Assembly (NCBI GenBank): GCA_965644295.1
Contig: CBFFRP010000109.1
Span: 62,001-126,000, forward strand
DNA: 64,000 bases
Origin: Paraphysomonas bandaiensis
Lineage: Eukaryota; Protista; Chrysophyceae
Reading direction: 5' to 3'
Both the position numbers and the translations under genes were made by a program. The notes beneath the pieces were generated by a model that searched no databases, had not been told where the DNA came from, and was given only the letters and a program-made list of their open reading frames with translations. This document shows positions 34,701 to 49,215 of this stretch, piece by piece; positions within the stretch are counted from its first letter, which is position 1; each line of letters opens with the position of its first letter.

Positions 34701-36724
34701 CGTTCTCGCAACAGCAAAAATTTCTGAAAATCGCCGTTTACCCATTTCCTTGTACCTAATATCAACTATGTGTACTACACTACAAAAAAATTACTTGACG
34801 GGCAAAACAAAAACTTGTAAACGGACCGCAGTTGAAAATTTGAGCTGGAATTTCCTGGAATTTTCTCGTCTCTGCTCTTGCTATCCACCCCCTGGGCCTC
34901 CGCACTGTCCGGGTCTAAAACACACATTACAAGTCTACAAACACGTTCAAACAGTTCATATCTACCTCTTACGACAGTGTTCACAGTATTCTCCTCTTGT
35001 GCAGCAAGTATTAGCTCCGGATCAGCTAGAACGCTAATATCTTGTACATTAGCCGACTCTCTGGCCAATATATTCGCCATAGATGCCACGTCATGCTCCT
35101 GTGTATTCGGTGCGGGATAGACAACTTCGAAATCAACAGTGAGCTCTTCAATAGGAATGTCAGGTTTTCCCGGTGTCTTCATAGTAAGCGCTGTCAGCAA
35201 CGAATAAGAGATACGTTTCATGTCGTCCGTCACGTCACACGAATCTATCTCCTTGAACTCAAAAGCCTTAAGAAAACATCACTACTTGAATACAAGTCAA
35301 ATCTAACCATATTACCTTGTTGCAAACATGTGGACAGACAAAGTCCTTGAGACCTTTCGTCAGTCTACTGGATTTCAAGCTACATAACATATTGTGTATC
35401 GTTATACTGAAGTATTACCATTGGAAATTCTTCATGTTACCTGATTCGTATCCATTTCTCCCCAGCGTACTTCCGGTACAACAGACGATAGAATAAACGA
35501 TCAGCTCCCCGGGGTGGAGACGTATAATGATCTCTAGCCATCACCAACTTACCCTTGCGTGTCACGAAACGTGGTGGATCAGGTATTTGAATGTATCCTG
35601 TCTCAAAAAGAGTGGGATCCAACAGTTCATTCAGAGCTAATAATAAGTCGCCACCAGTGCACAAGGGGCGCAAATGGGTTTCCCCATTAACAGTTCGTGC
35701 CTTTAAAACGGCTCGTATAGGTTGAGACGAAGAAAGCGCTCGAGATATAGCCCTTTCTTGTTCATGTGACGCTTCTCGTCCTGAGATAGCTCGTTCGAAC
35801 GCCTCTGCAGCCCCGGAGTTCACAGGATCATGACTAATTGCTGTTACATTGTCGTTGAACAGTCGCCTTCGAGTACTACGCGAAAGGGTCGAACGCGGAG
35901 GGCGAGCGGCAGCCTCAGAAGCAGCAGCAGCCAAAAGCGGCTCAACGATTTGTGACTCAAATTCTACGGGAAGAAGTGCATCCTGTACAGGCAAATCGTA
36001 AACATAGGAAATATCCAACAATCTCAACTCACTCTATTAATTGTAAATGCTCGTTTGAAGTATGACCACGAGCTAAAAATTCTATCTAGACGAGTGGGGC
36101 ATGTTGGGTCAACAGAATAGGTGTTGACAATACCCACACAGGCTCCAGTTTTGAGCAAATTCGGTGCTCCAAAATCTACAGTTTTATCGCTCTCGACAAT
36201 CGTTGACAGTAAACCATACAATTCAACTGATTTACGTGACCATAAAGCCTTACTTCGCGTTCCAACACTATCCTCTCTATTCATTGGCTGAGATATTGGT
36301 AGCGGTGGTTTCACATCCTTGGGTGGTAGAAAGCCAGTTTCTTCCAGCATTTCTTTTTTCGAACGAAGATTCTGCTCGTCTTCAAAGAAATCAATCTTTT
36401 GTTGTGGTACAGATGACTGCTGAATATTGGTTTTCCTGTGTCTATAATTAGAGACATTAACCATATAAGTCACATGAACCTCATTGCTGTGGACTTTATG
36501 TATTCTTTCTCAACCTGCTCGCACTTCTTCAGATGGCGTAACACATTCCCGCACCTCTTATCCCTATCATTCTGGAGCGCCTTGGCAGCGTTATATCTCT
36601 CAGATCCGTCAGATAATAACACTCTTTCCATCTTTTCATTGTATTCATCATGATCACGGAGACCTTTCGCCCAATGGGAAGTGAGGTCAGATGATAATAC
36701 TTCTGATGGTTCAATTGAATCCAT
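28741..36724 (-). CDS. Very large multi-exon hypothetical protein, mostly low-complexity (could be more than one gene)
   Basis: Chain of minus-strand ORFs separated by short GT..AG gaps; the first two junctions (~36479-36442 and ~36032-35983) were checked as in-frame; probable ATG 36724; last exon ends at 28741. Confidence 0.6.
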
Positions 36725-37329
36725 TCCTCGATTCAGTGTACTCAATCCACAGAAATTATGAGACACGTATGAGTCATTACATATATAACTAAATCTGCAT
36801 TGTGATAGAGTTATATTGTTATTGTATGTCCACTCGACTTCACTTCACTTCACTTCATGTTCTTAACAGCTACTCTTTAGCGCCAAATCATGTGCAGTAT
36901 ATAAAAACCAATATATACACTAGAAAAGGCATATATACACAACAAAATATTGCCATTTTTATAAATGTTACACAGACCTCTGTTTTTGGAGGTCACAAAT
37001 AGCCCTATTTTTTAAGAAAACACAGCCGTTAATAAGCACGTAACTGCTGTAGTCCGAGTTTAAGCGAGCAGTATTGTATGATATATACTGCTGTGTACAG
37101 TGTATCATACACTCTACAGCATAGAGAGCTAGCTATCCGGTTGTGGGCTCCATATCATTCAGTTAAGTGTTCATGGAATATCATCCGCTGTGTCGTAGTT
37201 GTGTTTCATAGTCATAAGTATCGTAACATACAACTTAAATAAACTTTCTCTCGAGGGAAATTTTATCTTCCTATCGAATGATTTGAACGAACTGAATAGT
37301 TATACGTTATCAGATAACCCTAACGAACA

Positions 37330-40300
37330 ATGAGCAATGAGTGCATTCAAGTGGTGGTCAGGATGCGTCCTTTCAACACCAAGGAGAAAAATGAAGGTCG
37401 ACAAGGTATTGTGGACATGGATATGGAACTGAATCAAGTGGCTATTAAGAACCCTGATAATTCTGATGCTCCTCCCAAAGTGTTCACATTCGATTCTGTG
37501 TATGATGGGAGTACCCAACAGCGTGCTTTTTATGAGGAATCGTGCTTTGGTTTAATTGAAAGTGTCCTAGAGGGGTTTAATGGCACGATATTTGCTTACG
37601 GACAAACGGGATGCGGTAATGACGATGCGTCACTCTTGTTAGAATGTGATATGGTTGGCAGGTAAAACTTTTACGATGCAGGGACCAAATAATCCACCGG
37701 AAATGAGAGGGGTTATTCCCAATTCATTTTCGCATATATTTGACCATGTCAAAGCATCCAAGGACGTGGAGTATCTTGTTCGCTGTTCCTACTTGGAGAT
37801 TTACAATGAAGTTATAAGGTGTGTTTACTTCTGGTGTTAAATTAGTTTGACACAGTATCAAGGGACTTGCTTGGCGACCAAAAGAACCCATTAAAATGTG
37901 ACCTCAAAGAAGACCCACAGAAAGGGATTGTTGTCTCCAACCTGTGTGATGTAGTTGTAGAAACAGAAGAAGATATGGATGCGATGTTGAATAAGGGACT
38001 GGCGAACCGTACTGTAGGGTCCACCCTGATGAATGCGGAGTCATCACGGTCCCATTCCATCTTCACGATTGTTGTAGAGATGAACAATCGTGATGAACAA
38101 GGCAAAGACCACATACGTGCTGGAAAATTGAACTTAGTCGACTTGGCTGGGTCAGAACGCCAAAAAAAGACAGGAGCCAGTGGGGACCGTCTTAAAGAGG
38201 GAAGCAAAATCAACCTCTCATTGTCTGCTCTGGGAAACGTAATATCAGCATTGTCCGATGGTGGGGGCAAGCATATTCCATATCGCGATAGTAAGCTCAC
38301 ACGACTACTACAAGATTCTTTGGGTGGTAACACGAAGACTCTAAGTATGTCCACATTATGTATTCATCTCAAGTAATTTATTCGCTGCAGTGGTTGCAGC
38401 GATGAGTCCTGCGGACTACAATTATGACGAAACTCTGTCAACTCTGAGGTGTGAATTAGTCATCAATTTTATATTGTATAATTGGTGTTGCGACAATTTG
38501 TGTTAGATATGCAAACCGTGCTAAGAGTATTAAAAATAAGCCAAAAATTAATGAAGATCCGAAGGACGCTATGATCCGCGAGTTTAAGGAAGAGATCGAG
38601 AGACTGAGACAACTATTAAGTCAACAAAACGGTGGAGTTATTCCATCGCTATCAGCCCCCCCTACAACTATCGCGGATTCTGCTCAAGAGACTGTAGCAG
38701 GCTCTAAAGCCCCAGTTAAAGCTAGCCTGCCTCAAGAACCTCAAGGCAAGCAACAAAAACTGAAAGCGGCTGATGATGTCTCCAACTTTGCCACACTTGC
38801 GACAGATGTGTCAACTACAAATGCATCTCATTCCGAAATAGATTTTGCATCCCTTGCAACAGGTACAACGCATCAACATGGGTCTGGAAATACAACCAAT
38901 ACGTATACCACGTATAGTAATGGATTTAGCAATCTTGTCATAGTCTATGCATCGTTGCCTATGTAGCCAACTCTCAACAATGTAATTTCATCATGTAGGT
39001 GGAGATAAGAAAACTTCACCACGGACTACGAAGTCTTCCCCTCGGTCAAAAGGGACTCGTAGTCCTCGAGAAGAACGAGTCCGCGTTGAAACAAAGGTTG
39101 TTGAAGTGGAAAAAATTCCAGATGAACACTTACATAAGCAAAAAGTAAGTGCTGCATTTAATACAGTTTCTCATCATTTCGCGAATATTTAATCTTATGT
39201 CTAAATTGCATGTATTCAGCGTCTAGAAGAATATTCACAGGCCATCGAGGAGGAGCGAGACTACTTCGGAGAGCAGCTTAAGGAGATGCACAATGAAGTT
39301 GAACTGGAGCGGAAAAAACGTGAGGAGTTAGCCATGCGTATGCAACAGCTTCAGTCCAAGGTGCGTGGTTACAGACATGTTTCTCATGCAAGACTTAGTC
39401 GTGATCGTGTATTCAGCTCATGGGAAGAGCATTGAGTATTGATGTATCCACTGGTGAAAGTGGCGATGCTTCTGAGCTAGTTATGCAGCCGAATGAAGCA
39501 CAGCTACGAGAGCAAAAAGAGGCAGAAAATAGATTAAATGAGAGAAAAGCTAAAGCGAAACGTAAGGAAGAGGCGAAAAAGAAGGCTGAGGAGGACCGGA
39601 AAGAGAAAGATCGAAACGAATATGATCGAGAGCTGCAGCAGGTTTGTACTTATCGGCTATTATAGAGTTGGTATCATCACATATTGATTGCTCAGGCTAT
39701 TGGTGCTCAAGATGAGAGTGTTGAAAAGAAAATTTCTAAAATTAAAAAAAAATTTGAGAAGAAACTTCAGGCAGCTAGGAGTGAAATCGACGATCTTCAT
39801 GAAGTATGTGACTGTAATAAATTTATTGTATTGTACACTTATTATGTGCTAGGAATTTGAATTGGAACGAGAAGAAATGTTAGAGAATATTAGAGAAGCG
39901 AACAAAGACTCGGAGCTGTTTAGACAAATATGCCTTTCTCTTTTAGACGAAAAAAGGTTGAGACAGGTATATGGTTGAACATTCGATAGTTATGGTGATC
40001 TTTACGTTGCTGTCTGACGCATCTAGATCGTGGATAAATGTCAGTATGATGAAGATTCAGATGAGTGGATTGTACCCTATATGCGGACGAGAGATACATC
40101 TGAGTTTAGACTTCCCGATATAGATTCTGCTAGAAATCATAGCGACGGTGACTCTGCGGCTCCGACGAGGGGAGGATCGGCCCGTTCTGTGAAATCTGAA
40201 TTGAGTGCAGCTGAAGCGAAACACGCACGACGACCGGGATCAAGGACCTCAGCTGAGACTGAGTGTGTGAATGACGGACGGGAAAGAAAGACACGTCGGC

Positions 40301-40917
40301 CAAATTCTCACAGAGATGACCCCCATGGCCAAATTCCGACTCTAAACGTCCCGGTTCATGCTCCTTCTAAACCCCCGATGCCAAAGTCTGCCAGAAGAGA
40401 CAAAAAAAAGAGTAAGCCTCCGAAAAATGTTCAAAATGAACTACAGGAGATGGTACTATTGTAAACGTTGTACTGCGGTTGCTGACAAAAACTTGTGACA
40501 GACATACACACAAGACGAGGGAGGGAACGGCGAGCAAGCCGGAAACGTTGCAGAGTGGGGTTTTGCTGAGAATAATCTGTCAGGTGGGAACAGTGCGAAT
40601 TCTGCCCACGATATAAGTCGGGAAGCTATATCTACTGATATTGAGTTCGATCCTTCGCTTGCGCTTAATCACGTTGGTGGGCCTATGGGTGACAGACAGT
40701 CATCTAGACATGGCAGTCGGCGAAATAAAAATAGGCCCGCTAGTGGAAATCGTAAAGCTGGGGTACGAATTATTTTTATTTTTGTATCATTTTCTTGTAA
40801 CGTGTATTCGTTTAGCATGCATCTGGATGTGTATCGGATTCTGCTACAGCTGATAAAAGTTTTTCTGTATCATGTTCTCCAAGAACTTCTGATGGTGTAT
40901 ATTTTCCGCAACTATAG
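37330..40917 (+). CDS. Kinesin-2-like motor (KIF3/KIF17/OSM-3 group), multi-exon
   Basis: [17 protein letters not shown] (split by an intron), [49 protein letters not shown] neck, coiled-coil stalk; last exon ends FPQL* at 40917. Confidence 0.9.
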
Positions 40918-41545
40918 CGGTCAATTGTGTGTTTTCGAATCAGTGTTAAAGAAAAGTGCGTGCATTACTGGTCCAGTGCTGCTAATAGATGTCCCACCAT
41001 ATTTATTACATGTAGTGCAGTGTTTCATATTTTTTATCTATTTAAGTAATATAGTTGTGCTTTATTTTCACATATGCTCGGCTTACACACTTCGCAATAA
41101 ACAACTGTGGATATGTAGAGTGCTACGCGGATTTAGGTGTCACCCAAAATAAAGATCAACGAAAAGTTTAAAAACTATAGCAATTCAACCAAATAATAAT
41201 TACTTGGTCTGAAATATGTAGAGTGCTGTTATTCCAAAAAAGGTACTGGCAGTTACAGGAGATAATGCTCATCTCTGCGTTGTAAAATTCGGTGCACTTG
41301 TGTGTACGTACATTCCAAGATGTGTGGTATATTACTGTCAGATTAGTCTGTGATACCAAAACATATGAGATCATGAGTCTTTAACATCAAAAGCAGCATA
41401 ATAAATAAATGTAATAACATATTTCTCTTGTGAAATAATGTTTTCATGGTGTTAAGACGTACTCTTTTGCGCTAAAGGAGCTGGAGAGGATTTTATGAGG
41501 GCTAATTACTAATTAGCAGTGGAGTCTTTTAAACGAGAAGAAAGG

Positions 41546-42050
41546 TAGCAGTGAATGTCTTATTATTAGCAATAGACGTGTAAACGTCAGAGCTTTTTTA
41601 GTATTATTGCAATTCAACTATATATCCAGTGCATAACTCTAATATCCTACTATTTAACTCTACCAAAGCTGCTTGTGCGTTACACACCATGATGCAACCA
41701 CTTTCGCTCTATCACTCAAGACAAACGCAGTGAGAAAGCAGAATGTTGATACATCTGACATCTTCTGACTTAAGAATTTTTGAGTGGATGCTTGACTTCA
41801 GCAGGCAGCCCAATACCCCGGTTAGCCTTCAGGTGGTCCTATTTTCGGATGCCTGTTTATTCATCAGGGACCAAAGACGTCTATACAAGTGACACTTATA
41901 TTAGTGTCCCTTGTACCACACAAGCATTTGGCTATGAGTCGGCAGATAATTATCTCCTATATACGGCTTACGTTAGTTTCCTGGTGAAATATCTCCGGTA
42001 CTCTTTCCCCAGAACACCACGAAGCCATGAAGAGGTGCGAGCTCGACTAA
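41546..42050 (-). repeat. Dispersed repeat family, copy 3
   Basis: Reverse complement is collinear with 5386-5901 over about 500 bp. Confidence 0.9.
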
Positions 42051-42090
42051 ATGAGGGAAGGTAGATAATATCAATGGATATTGTATATAC

Positions 42091-42231
42091 CAGGGCCTGG
42101 TCACCGTTAATGGTAGTGGCATTAATGGCCATTAATGGTAATGCCATTATAATTACCGGGACATTTTTGATTACTATGCCATTATAATTGCCGGGAACTG
42201 GACTACCATTAATAGTTACCAGCAGGCCCTG
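42091..42231. mobile_element. 141-bp hAT-type MITE
   Basis: Termini CAGGGCCTG...CAGGCCCTG; imperfect TIR extends to TTAATGGTAGT; 8-bp flanks GTATATAC / GTGTACAC (6 of 8 identical); internal ATGCCATTATAATT duplication. Confidence 0.75.
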
Positions 42232-42826
42232 GTGTACACGGCTTTGTAAATTCAGAAAAGAATTTTAGTTCTATTCTTCTCATAACAGCTGGAGTTTCTA
42301 AGTGGGAAATATTATTCAACCTGTCAAATTGGTTGAATTGCCTGCCTAGTCACACTAATTTTGGTGTAAAAAGCCTAGTCCAAGTTATAAATATTCAAAA
42401 CTGCATTAATTGATGGCTAGGTGAATAGATTTCGGCAACTCTTTGAAAAATGAACACAATGCTGACAGCGTTCGATATTGTAACTGACTGTCTTCTAGGC
42501 AAAAAAGTATGAGTATTCATTAATTCACGAATAGTGAATAGCAGCTAGTAATAGCCCCTAAATATACTAAATAACCTGGCCTGCTGCTACAATGGAATCT
42601 ACAATAACTTACTACTCGTTAAAATGATTGATGGCAGACAGTATTGATTTATACGCACATGCAGGCCTGACTACTTACACATCACATTTATCAGTAACCC
42701 GTACAACGTATACAACAATATACTACAATCAATGCAAAAGTATTCATAAAGATCTGTCCATATATCAGTATAATATATATCAGCACCAGAGACATTACAT
42801 ATGATTGCCTCCGAAAACAGTGCATA

Positions 42827-43858
42827 TTAATCAGCAGTTGTTGTAATTACTATAAAATCATCGTCTTCACTTTCATCTAAAGGTATAAATGTGGATGGCG
42901 TTAAGTCCATTGCAACCCTACTACAACTGTCAGGAACGTGCATATCGGAATCAGATGCACCATCCAAAGTTTCTGCAGCATTCAGATGTGTAGTGTCAAC
43001 TATTGTGGCCTCTAAGTCCTCTGAAATATCATCGCACTTGGTGTCACAAGGTTCCACTGTGGGTTTACATATCGTTGATGGTGTGGTGGAGAGTCCTGAA
43101 GCCTCTTCCCAGAGAACAATTAAACCATCTACACTCAATTGGTCAGTCGGCCCATAATTCACCACCTACATACCACCCATCAGTATAACTTCACCCATCA
43201 AATGTAAAGTATAAATAATATAATAAAAAACGAACAGTCACATATCAATATCAATAATGACAACACATGTCAGTCCGCTACACGTACGTTATCAAGAAAA
43301 CGACGAACGGACGACACCGTTGAAAAGTTCGATTCTGGCAATTTCGAATGCAGAAGGATGGCCAGCTCCTTGAAAACAACCTAATTCACATGAAACACAA
43401 TTAAACACAAGTGATATTCATAATCTGAAAGAATAATAAATCACATTGCTCGAGGTGTTACAGCGTACGATAACACATACATGCAGAGAGCGTGTTGACT
43501 CTGACGTATCAGTACAGTCTGAATGAGTGCGTTGACACCCCGACACACTGATGGGCGATAACATAAACTGCTTCACACTTGCAGAACCATTCAGAAGAAA
43601 TTTCTGTCCATATATTTAATATCAGTACACTGAACACGATACTTAACGGACAATACCTTAAGAGAGAGCCCTGCAGTAGAATACAAGGATAGACTATCTA
43701 CCAGCCGTAAAGATGACACTACACCATGATTATATATCGTAAACATGGTGTTTAATCATACCAATTCCCCATATCCAGTTCCTCACAACACCTTCAGTCA
43801 ATTCACTACTCTTACATACATGTATATACTCCACAAGACTGCTGCTACAATACTCCAT
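42827..43858 (-). CDS. Small multi-exon hypothetical protein
   Basis: Short exon-like segments bounded by GT..AG that can be joined at the 5' end; terminal exon in ORF 42827-43165 with acidic tail; start uncertain. Confidence 0.4.
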
Positions 43859-44877
43859 TACAATGCACACCATATCCCCAAATTCCTATAATCACAATAT
43901 ATTACACATAAATACATATATAAGTCTCTACTTTACATAAATTTCGATGATTTTTAGAATATTATCCATTGGATGACGCTTCAATACTCGAAAATCTTCA
44001 TAAAGAAGTTGTTTGCATTTTTCAGGCATTCCAACAACAGTTTTGATCGCATACTCTTTCCCAGAATACACATGTAGTCCTTTGTATACCTATATAGTAG
44101 TGAGAGCTGTTCGATGCACAAGATGTTTCATAGGCATGTAGACATACTTTGGTTGCCGATGAATTGGACAATACAGCTATTAAATCGTATGCACCTGTGG
44201 AGAGGGGCAACATCGATGCTAACACTAGAATACAGTCTAGTGATTAAGTATATAAAAGTCTTTAATAGGAACAAATGCAGGAGGAGGTACGTGAATGTTG
44301 TCTGTAGGATACGCCTTTCAAAATAATTCCTATAATTACAACTGTGACTCTTCCGTTCTCCGAATAGTGCATCCATATTCCTCCAAAACTCGGAATTCTA
44401 TTTTGAATGGTAGTAGCTCAAAACTCGAGAAATGAGCACAAGTTGTATATAAACCACGATATTTGGAACTTAAAAACAGGAAATATGAAAAGAATACACA
44501 GAAAAATATAATTCGAAAAGCTTGCTTCCAGCTGTATATCAGTGTATACCACGGTATACCAGGATAAAAAACAGAGTCTATTCATCCCTCTGTATTCCAA
44601 TCGTATTCTAAAGTATACGGCGGTTACTCTGGAGGTAGTATGGTATGGATATGTATGTATGTATATATACATAGAGCTCCTAACATCAACACACTGAAGC
44701 CTCATGCAGCAAGTGGTGTAAGTGTTATTATTACATTGAATATAGTTCGTCTTTGCTCAGGATATCTGTAGAGAATCTGGTTTATGAACCCTCTCATATA
44801 GTTTTAAACGTATTGCTCAAATAGCGATATTATATAAGAAAATATAAATATACTGAAAACCTGAAAGTTACCAAATA

Positions 44878-46568
44878 ATGAGCATCCAAGGGGATTCCAC
44901 TAATCGCCCTCAGAAGAGCTTCGAGAGTGTTCACGATCGAGAAAGGTATTCGCATGATACCAACTCTGAGAGCAAAACTTATGATGGTATGCAGTCTTCA
45001 TAATGTTCGGGATAAGTACAGCGATTTGAACGAAATGATCGAAAGCCTAAACGAAAAGGTTTACTATTAATGTTTTAATTCATCTCTGATGCTTTATTTT
45101 AATTAGCTAAATGTCGTGGCATCTGTACAAGAAAAAGAATTTTTAAGTGCCTATCGCGTTCACATGTTGAGTGTTCAGCTGGAATTAAAAGAATTGAAGC
45201 TGAAGTATATATATTAATTTTCATATGTTTATCACTGTAATGAATATTTTTGTTTAGGGTAGCAAAGGCTGAGATGTCTCTTCAAGATGACGGAGAAGTG
45301 TCAAAGCTTGAGGAGGAGTGCAATTGGTTTAGAACTGAAACAATGAGACTTCAAACACATTCCAGTACTATGCAGACTGATATTCAGGTGCACTTTATAT
45401 GTATATTACATTAACCTTTTGACATGAATTCCGGTTACACTTTTATTCTCTAGGCAATGAAAAGTCGCCTGGCAGCTCTGCGGGACCAGAATAAATACTT
45501 GAGTAATCAGCTGAAGGCAGTTATGAAACGAAGCCGAGTACTGGAGGTGATCATACTGAGTATTGTGCGGCCCTGACGTAAATATATTCTTAATACATTA
45601 TACATGCTGTGCCATTATCCATTATCATGTGCAATGCTTTATATCTGTGACTCCTTATATATATCAGGTTGAAATTGAAATGGCCAAGCAATCCGGCATT
45701 CCACGTGCTCTACAATCTGAAGTATTCGAAGAAGAAGGAAGTTATCCAACACAGAGCTTTGACGACGATGTAGATGACAGTGAAGATGCGGGTGAAGGAA
45801 ATAAGCATATGGTACAGAGTCAGAGCGCTATAGCATTAGGTAAATCTACTGGTCATTTTCTCCCGTTAAGACGAGTGAACTCTGCCCGCGAACGTCCTGT
45901 GGATTCGCTTATGCCACCCCGCTCGAGGAGTCCCGTGTCGCGCACACCCGCTTCAAGGATGGGCGCATCCAAATCGCTTCGGGTTAGTAGTCGTAAGTCT
46001 GGATCTGCGGGTACAACAGACCCGGAAACTGGCCGTGGTCAGACTGCAGATATTGTCAGTTTGCGAAATCAATACTCTTCAATTAATGAGTCACGAACAT
46101 TTATTGAAACATTGTTAGAAGATAAAGTTCGAGAAGCATTTGCGAATGTAATCAAAAGGCGATCTCTGACTGTGGCTCGCAATTCTAAAAATCGGTACGA
46201 TATTTGCATATCTATTGGTATGATTGTGTGCCAATGAAATTTAATGTTTTGCGTGTTAGGTACTTTAAGTCGGTTGCGAAAAGCATGTCAGACTCTGGGC
46301 ACGACGATATTAGTGTGGAGTTAGACAGTACAGCGTTTTCCACAAAGGTTCCGACGAATAAGTTGGGACATCCTATAGTGGGGGGAATTACAGATTTAGG
46401 GCTTGAGGTATGCTTGTCGCTACCTATATAATACTTTTAATGTTCTATTAGCACTTGACAGATGGGGATAAGCATGACGTAATGATTTCCGTACTATCCG
46501 ATGAGCGCGTGTTCAAGGAAGTCGTCGAGAGGCTACATAGGGCTTATGTTGAAGGAGAAGGATGGTAG
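44878..46568 (+). CDS. Multi-exon coiled-coil protein of unknown function
   Basis: Exons splice to give QEKEFLSAYRVHMLSVQLELKELKLK..LEEECNWFRTETMRL..; GT-AG introns; stop TAG 46566-46568. Confidence 0.75.
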
Positions 46569-47362
46569 CTTTATTGTAACATACTTGGACGTTTACTGAA
46601 ACCTACATTTTGTTCTGGCGCAAGCTGATTGTATACTTCTGACTAGCTGTAGTTTTCGTTGTGGCATGTATGTGCAGTATACCAAAGTTATTGTATGTTA
46701 TTAGTTAATAATTAGTAGTATATTAGGAATATATATTATTTTTCAGTGTCTGTCGAATTGTAGCTTTTTCTTGTTGCAGAGTCTAAATAAATATCCTTCA
46801 ATTCTCATTGAATTTGTAGCTTACGAAGTGTTGGCTTGAGCAATCTACGTTAAAAAGTGGTTGGGTATTGTTAAAATAAGTTGAGAAACTAACTAAGAAA
46901 CTAACTCGCATAGATTCTTTTGTCAATTTACATCTAATTTGATAGTTACTCCTCTGAAATATTTGGTAGAAGCATATACACCACTCATTCGAGTGTAAAA
47001 CGTAATCACAGTGAAGAATTTTTACCTGATAAATATTATATATATCATATACGGTAAAAGGCGTAGGTTCGGTTGTGTAGTACTGATAGCTGCATCCATT
47101 AACTTGTATTTCATCCTTTGCACTGCACGTTTTTCATATACTATGCAATGCTATTACGAAGCGGTCGAATAATGTTGTCGATAATGGCTTTGTAGACATA
47201 TCAACTGACATCGTTTCGGTGAATATACGGACAGTCTTCACTAATAAGTAAACATTATGTAAACGTGAGAATTATACAATATTTTGGGAAAGACTTGGAT
47301 AATATACAGTGTAAAAGTAAAAATGTTTTAAAAGTAATTCTGTTTGTACTTAGACTAGTATT

Positions 47363-47682
47363 GAACAGAGAGGCATCCGGAAATGGGCCCACCTCAACGG
47401 CATCCGAGGTATTGGGCTGCCTGCTGAAGTGAAGCATCCGGGCTGTTTACTATTTACCTTAAGGACTCAAAGCCCTAAAGTCAGAAGATGTCAGGTATAT
47501 ATCAACATTCTGCGTGCTCACTGCGCTTGTTTGAGTGATAGAGCAAGAGTGGTTGCACCTTTGTGCTTGTGGTGATGCACAAAAGCAGCTTTCGTAGCGT
47601 TAAGCACAGGATAGTTAAATTGCAATGCTAAATTAGTTTAAACTCTTGTTTATTATTACTAACTATAAGACATTCACTACTA
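47363..47682 (+). repeat. Dispersed repeat family, copy 4 (5'-truncated)
   Basis: GGCATCCGGAAATGGGCCCACC, GGTATTGGGCTGCCTGCTGAAGT, TATCAACATTCTGC, AAGACATTCACTAC. Confidence 0.88.
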
Positions 47683-49215
47683 GTGCACTTACCAACTACA
47701 GAGTGTATCAACCCAATTATGCTTTTATCGGAAATCCGGTTCAGTGCATTTCGACTGTTATTAATAAAATCTTTAAGTGGAAATACCTATATCCTGGAAC
47801 ACAAACTGGGGGACCATATGAATCTATTCAGAGATATATATGTCTTTTATTCTCTGTGTGCCGCTACTTACTAGAATTTCAATTACTTCAAAAAGTTGGT
47901 TCATCTCAATAAAATAAAACCGATAGTCGTCCGCAGGATATAGCTGCTACAAAAAGGAGCTACCACATTCGGCGGACAGCGGCGACTATAATCAGGCTCA
48001 ATAGTTTGGGAGTGTCAACGTAGTCTATGAGGATTTCGTAAAGTGCAAGGAAAAATTAGGCAATTGAAGTAGCGGTTCGGCGTCTGACAACAACGGGTTG
48101 GCTTTCTTTCAACTATTATGGTCTTATAGACGTATTACTACGTAGAAGATTACTGTTTTGATGATGATGATGACCCTGGTCATACTCTACCAAAGGTGAC
48201 GACCCTCTTACTCCTCTCAGCCCGTTGCATATGAGGAGGTGAGTTCCCGTAGTATATATTAGTGATTCAATTTACTCCTTCTTACTATTTTCGGACAGTT
48301 GCTCCCCGGTTAATGGTTCTTTGAGGAGTAAGTTATTACATGTATACCACTCTTTCACTTATGTACCATGCTGGTAGTATTAATACCGGTCAGTGTAGTT
48401 GTTGTGCTTGGTGTAAGTTTTTAAATGTTTTTTACTTATATTGTCGCTGTATTACTTAGCTAATATTGTACATGTTTTATATTGATGAGGCTATTTCGAT
48501 ACTTACAGACGCAGTAATAACAATTTCGTTGTGCTGAGCACTGTCCTGAAATCATTCTTGGAATATTGTTATTTTTTTAATAAAATAACAATAAGAATAG
48601 TATTGTATAGCTACTATAATATTATTACACAGTTTTAATAATATTAGATTAATGAAAACGATAAGTATAGGATAGGGTACAAAGGGGTCCAAAACGTGGG
48701 AAAAATTTTTTCCCACGTTTGTCTTAAGGTTGCTTGTGGACATATTAACATGTGGGTTGTGTCACTTTTGACTGATAGGAGCAGTGTGCTACTAGGTTTT
48801 GCGACTGTTGAAACCCTTTTTCTCCACCATTGACAATTATGGAGGATGAGCTACTATCATGAGATTGCTTTGGTAGATACACCCCTCAAAAAGGCCTTAT
48901 ATATTGCGTAATTGTGTAGTACATAGCAATTATCTATATTGGAAGTCATTGACCATTGTGGGAGCGAAGTTTGAAGCAACAATATCTCATCTTGTACTGT
49001 GCCTGCGGACAAGCACGTCAAGACAGTAGATTTGTTACAGAAAGCTTAGCATTCACATAGGACAGAGACAACCACCAGTAGCTAGTCTGATAGTAAGATA
49101 CAATTGTCTTAGCATATCGAGCAAATTAGTTAATTGGCAAAATACTGAATACTGTGCGGACGGAACAGCAAGGGGAGAGTACAGTTTTTGTAAACTAGAG
49201 AAGCTATAGGCAGTT

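Noticed and set aside
41834-41873. Hammerhead-ribozyme-like string on the minus strand of repeat copy 3 (GGTCC-CTGATGA-...-GAAA-ATA-GGACC)
   Set aside because: Stem II cannot pair, stem III is essentially absent, and GAAA is not conserved in copies 1 and 5
43830-43875. MVCIVMEYCSSSL as a protein kinase hinge
   Set aside because: No other kinase motifs (HRD, DFG, VAIK) nearby
47760-48330. Possible gene remnant between repeat copy 4 and the Gypsy element
   Set aside because: No sustained frame or recognisable motif
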